Source: Macrostomum lignano
Taxonomy: Eukaryota
Direction: 5' to 3'
DNA length: 64,000 nucleotides
NCBI GenBank assembly: GCA_002269645.1
Contig: NIVC01001143.1
Location: 124,001-188,000, forward strand
Positions 62,480 to 64,000 of the stretch are shown piece after piece; within the stretch, counting starts at the first letter, position 1; each line of letters opens with the position of its first letter. The position numbers and the translations under genes were made by a program. The notes beneath the pieces were generated by a model. That model did not search any database, was not told the origin of the DNA, and saw only the letters and a program-made list of their open reading frames with translations.

Positions 62480-64000
62480 GCCTTGGCTGTTTCTCACTGT
62501 GCAGGCCGCAGCTGTCGGTTTGTTTTCTGTGGGCGCCTCTTGGCTGGCGATAAGTCCGAGACTGCGCAGCTCAGGGGTGCAAGCAGGCTTAAAGCTGTAG
62601 TTAAGCAGTCAAAGAAAATATCGGAGTGTCAGATTTTCCTGCTTGGCTTGCTCCCCTCTCGAGTCTGTGAACTCAGCTCACCCTCCCTGACTCTGTTGTA
62701 TGCGGAGCGGCCTGTTTCCCCACTCGCCTTGAGAAGTCGGCTAACGCTAAAGCAAGGGAAGAAGGGAAATCTGGACCGGCTGAAAACAGACACAGGCTCG
62801 GGTGTACCCTGGCCTGGGGGGTATCTCTTCCCTTACTGCCTTTCCACTCCTTTCTTCCCTCTACATAACCCTCGCTAGAATTGTGGAGAGACGAGAGTGC
62901 AGTCTAGGACGGGGGTGACTGGGGTGGATCGGAGGGTATGGAAAGGACTTCAGATTTTGGGGGGCTGCGCACGACCCAGCCCCTGACAGAAAGTTATCGA
63001 TCGGAATCGCTCGCCACACCAGTGAATCGGGGGTGGGGAAAGCGTGCTGGCGGCGGAGGGGGCGGGCCGCAGCGCACGTGCTTAAACCCCCCAACCCCCA
63101 TCTCACACGGATCAATAACTTTGCGCGCGGGAGGCCTCCCTTCTGCGCGTACCGCACGGGGCTGGGGAGACACGAAGCGCCTTCTCGTGCTTTGCTATTT
63201 GCCCCGCATTATTTCTAATTAAGTCGTCGCCTATCAGCCCCCGCCACCCCCTCAGTCCTCATCCCTATCCATCTCGCTCCGCCCGCCCTGCTCACTGCAG
63301 TTATTCCTGCCCGCTACTCCTGGCCTGTCCTGTCCGGCCAATTCTGCGCGAGAGTGGGGCAAAACTGCGCAGCGCCCCTCTCTCCCTACGGCCCTACCCC
63401 AAACCCCCTATCCATGTCCCCGCAGTCCTCCACGCAAACTTGCAGCGAACAGGAAGAACTTCTCTGGGCCCTGCCCCTGCCACTGAAGTGAAGAAGCATT
63501 GCATGCCTGCCAAAGCTGCCAGAGACAGAAAGCAGACCCCTCAGCCTCAACTCCTCCCCAGTCTGCATGCCCTGCTGCACCAAGTGGCTGACGGCCACTG
63601 CCACTAAGCTAGCATTGCTGGCGTATCTGCGGTGGCTGCGGTGGTGTGGGGGGGTTGGTTCGCTACTTCCTGCTGCAGGTGGAAGAAAACCTTGCGCTGT
63701 GCGGAAATTTAAGCCATATCTGACACTGCAAAACTGCTACATAAGTGCTACGTACTGTGTGTCATGTACTATGTCATATGTGCCATTTGCGCACACAATG
63801 TTTTCAGCTATAAAAATGGAACTTGTACAATAAAAAAGCCGCGTATACTACTAACAGCTTTCATAGCGAACTGGCTGTGGCTGCTGCCCCATTTCGAGTA
63901 TGATATTATTGAAAATTTTATTTGCTAAGATACAGCACGCAGCTCGGCACGGCTGAGCTCTTATCTCGCTGACACTTTTGATTTACTGCAATGCGCCTAC

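Noticed and set aside
63386-63630. Possible minus-strand exon near the window end
   Set aside because: Has a candidate acceptor but no recognisable homology or partner exon within the window.

Overview
Eukaryotic (metazoan) genomic DNA, not prokaryotic. It has GC-rich exons, GT-AG introns and a different minisatellite in almost every intron, a style resembling the flatworm Macrostomum (inference). Most long ORFs in the supplied track are satellite read-throughs. Genes built by hand from splice sites and reading-frame continuity: (A) a 14-exon, ~1473-aa plus-strand gene (117..29049) with a PH-like domain, a degenerate WW domain, Gly-rich GGxGG repeats and a region resembling the mainly fungal/protist DUF7932-type proteins; (B) an intronless 550-aa Gln/His-rich gene nested on the same strand in intron 6 of A; (C) a 7-exon SYT14/16-like double-C2 gene on the minus strand (33215..41617); (D) an uncharacterised Ser/Pro-rich gene (~48570..51138); (E) an NK7-type homeobox gene (51912..58621); (F) an intronless, divergent G-protein beta subunit (61439..62479, minus). 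Intron 6 of A also holds a young, compact 4378-bp Ty3/Gypsy (Mag-like) LTR retrotransposon inserted into a minisatellite. It has 125-bp LTRs, an ACACC TSD, a tRNA-Leu PBS, and gag and pol in one frame separated by a single TAA. Most unusual signals: the gene A domain architecture, an intron bounded by an exact 11-bp direct repeat, minisatellites that repeat 5' splice-site motifs, and a dispersed pair of elements with a covarying hairpin.
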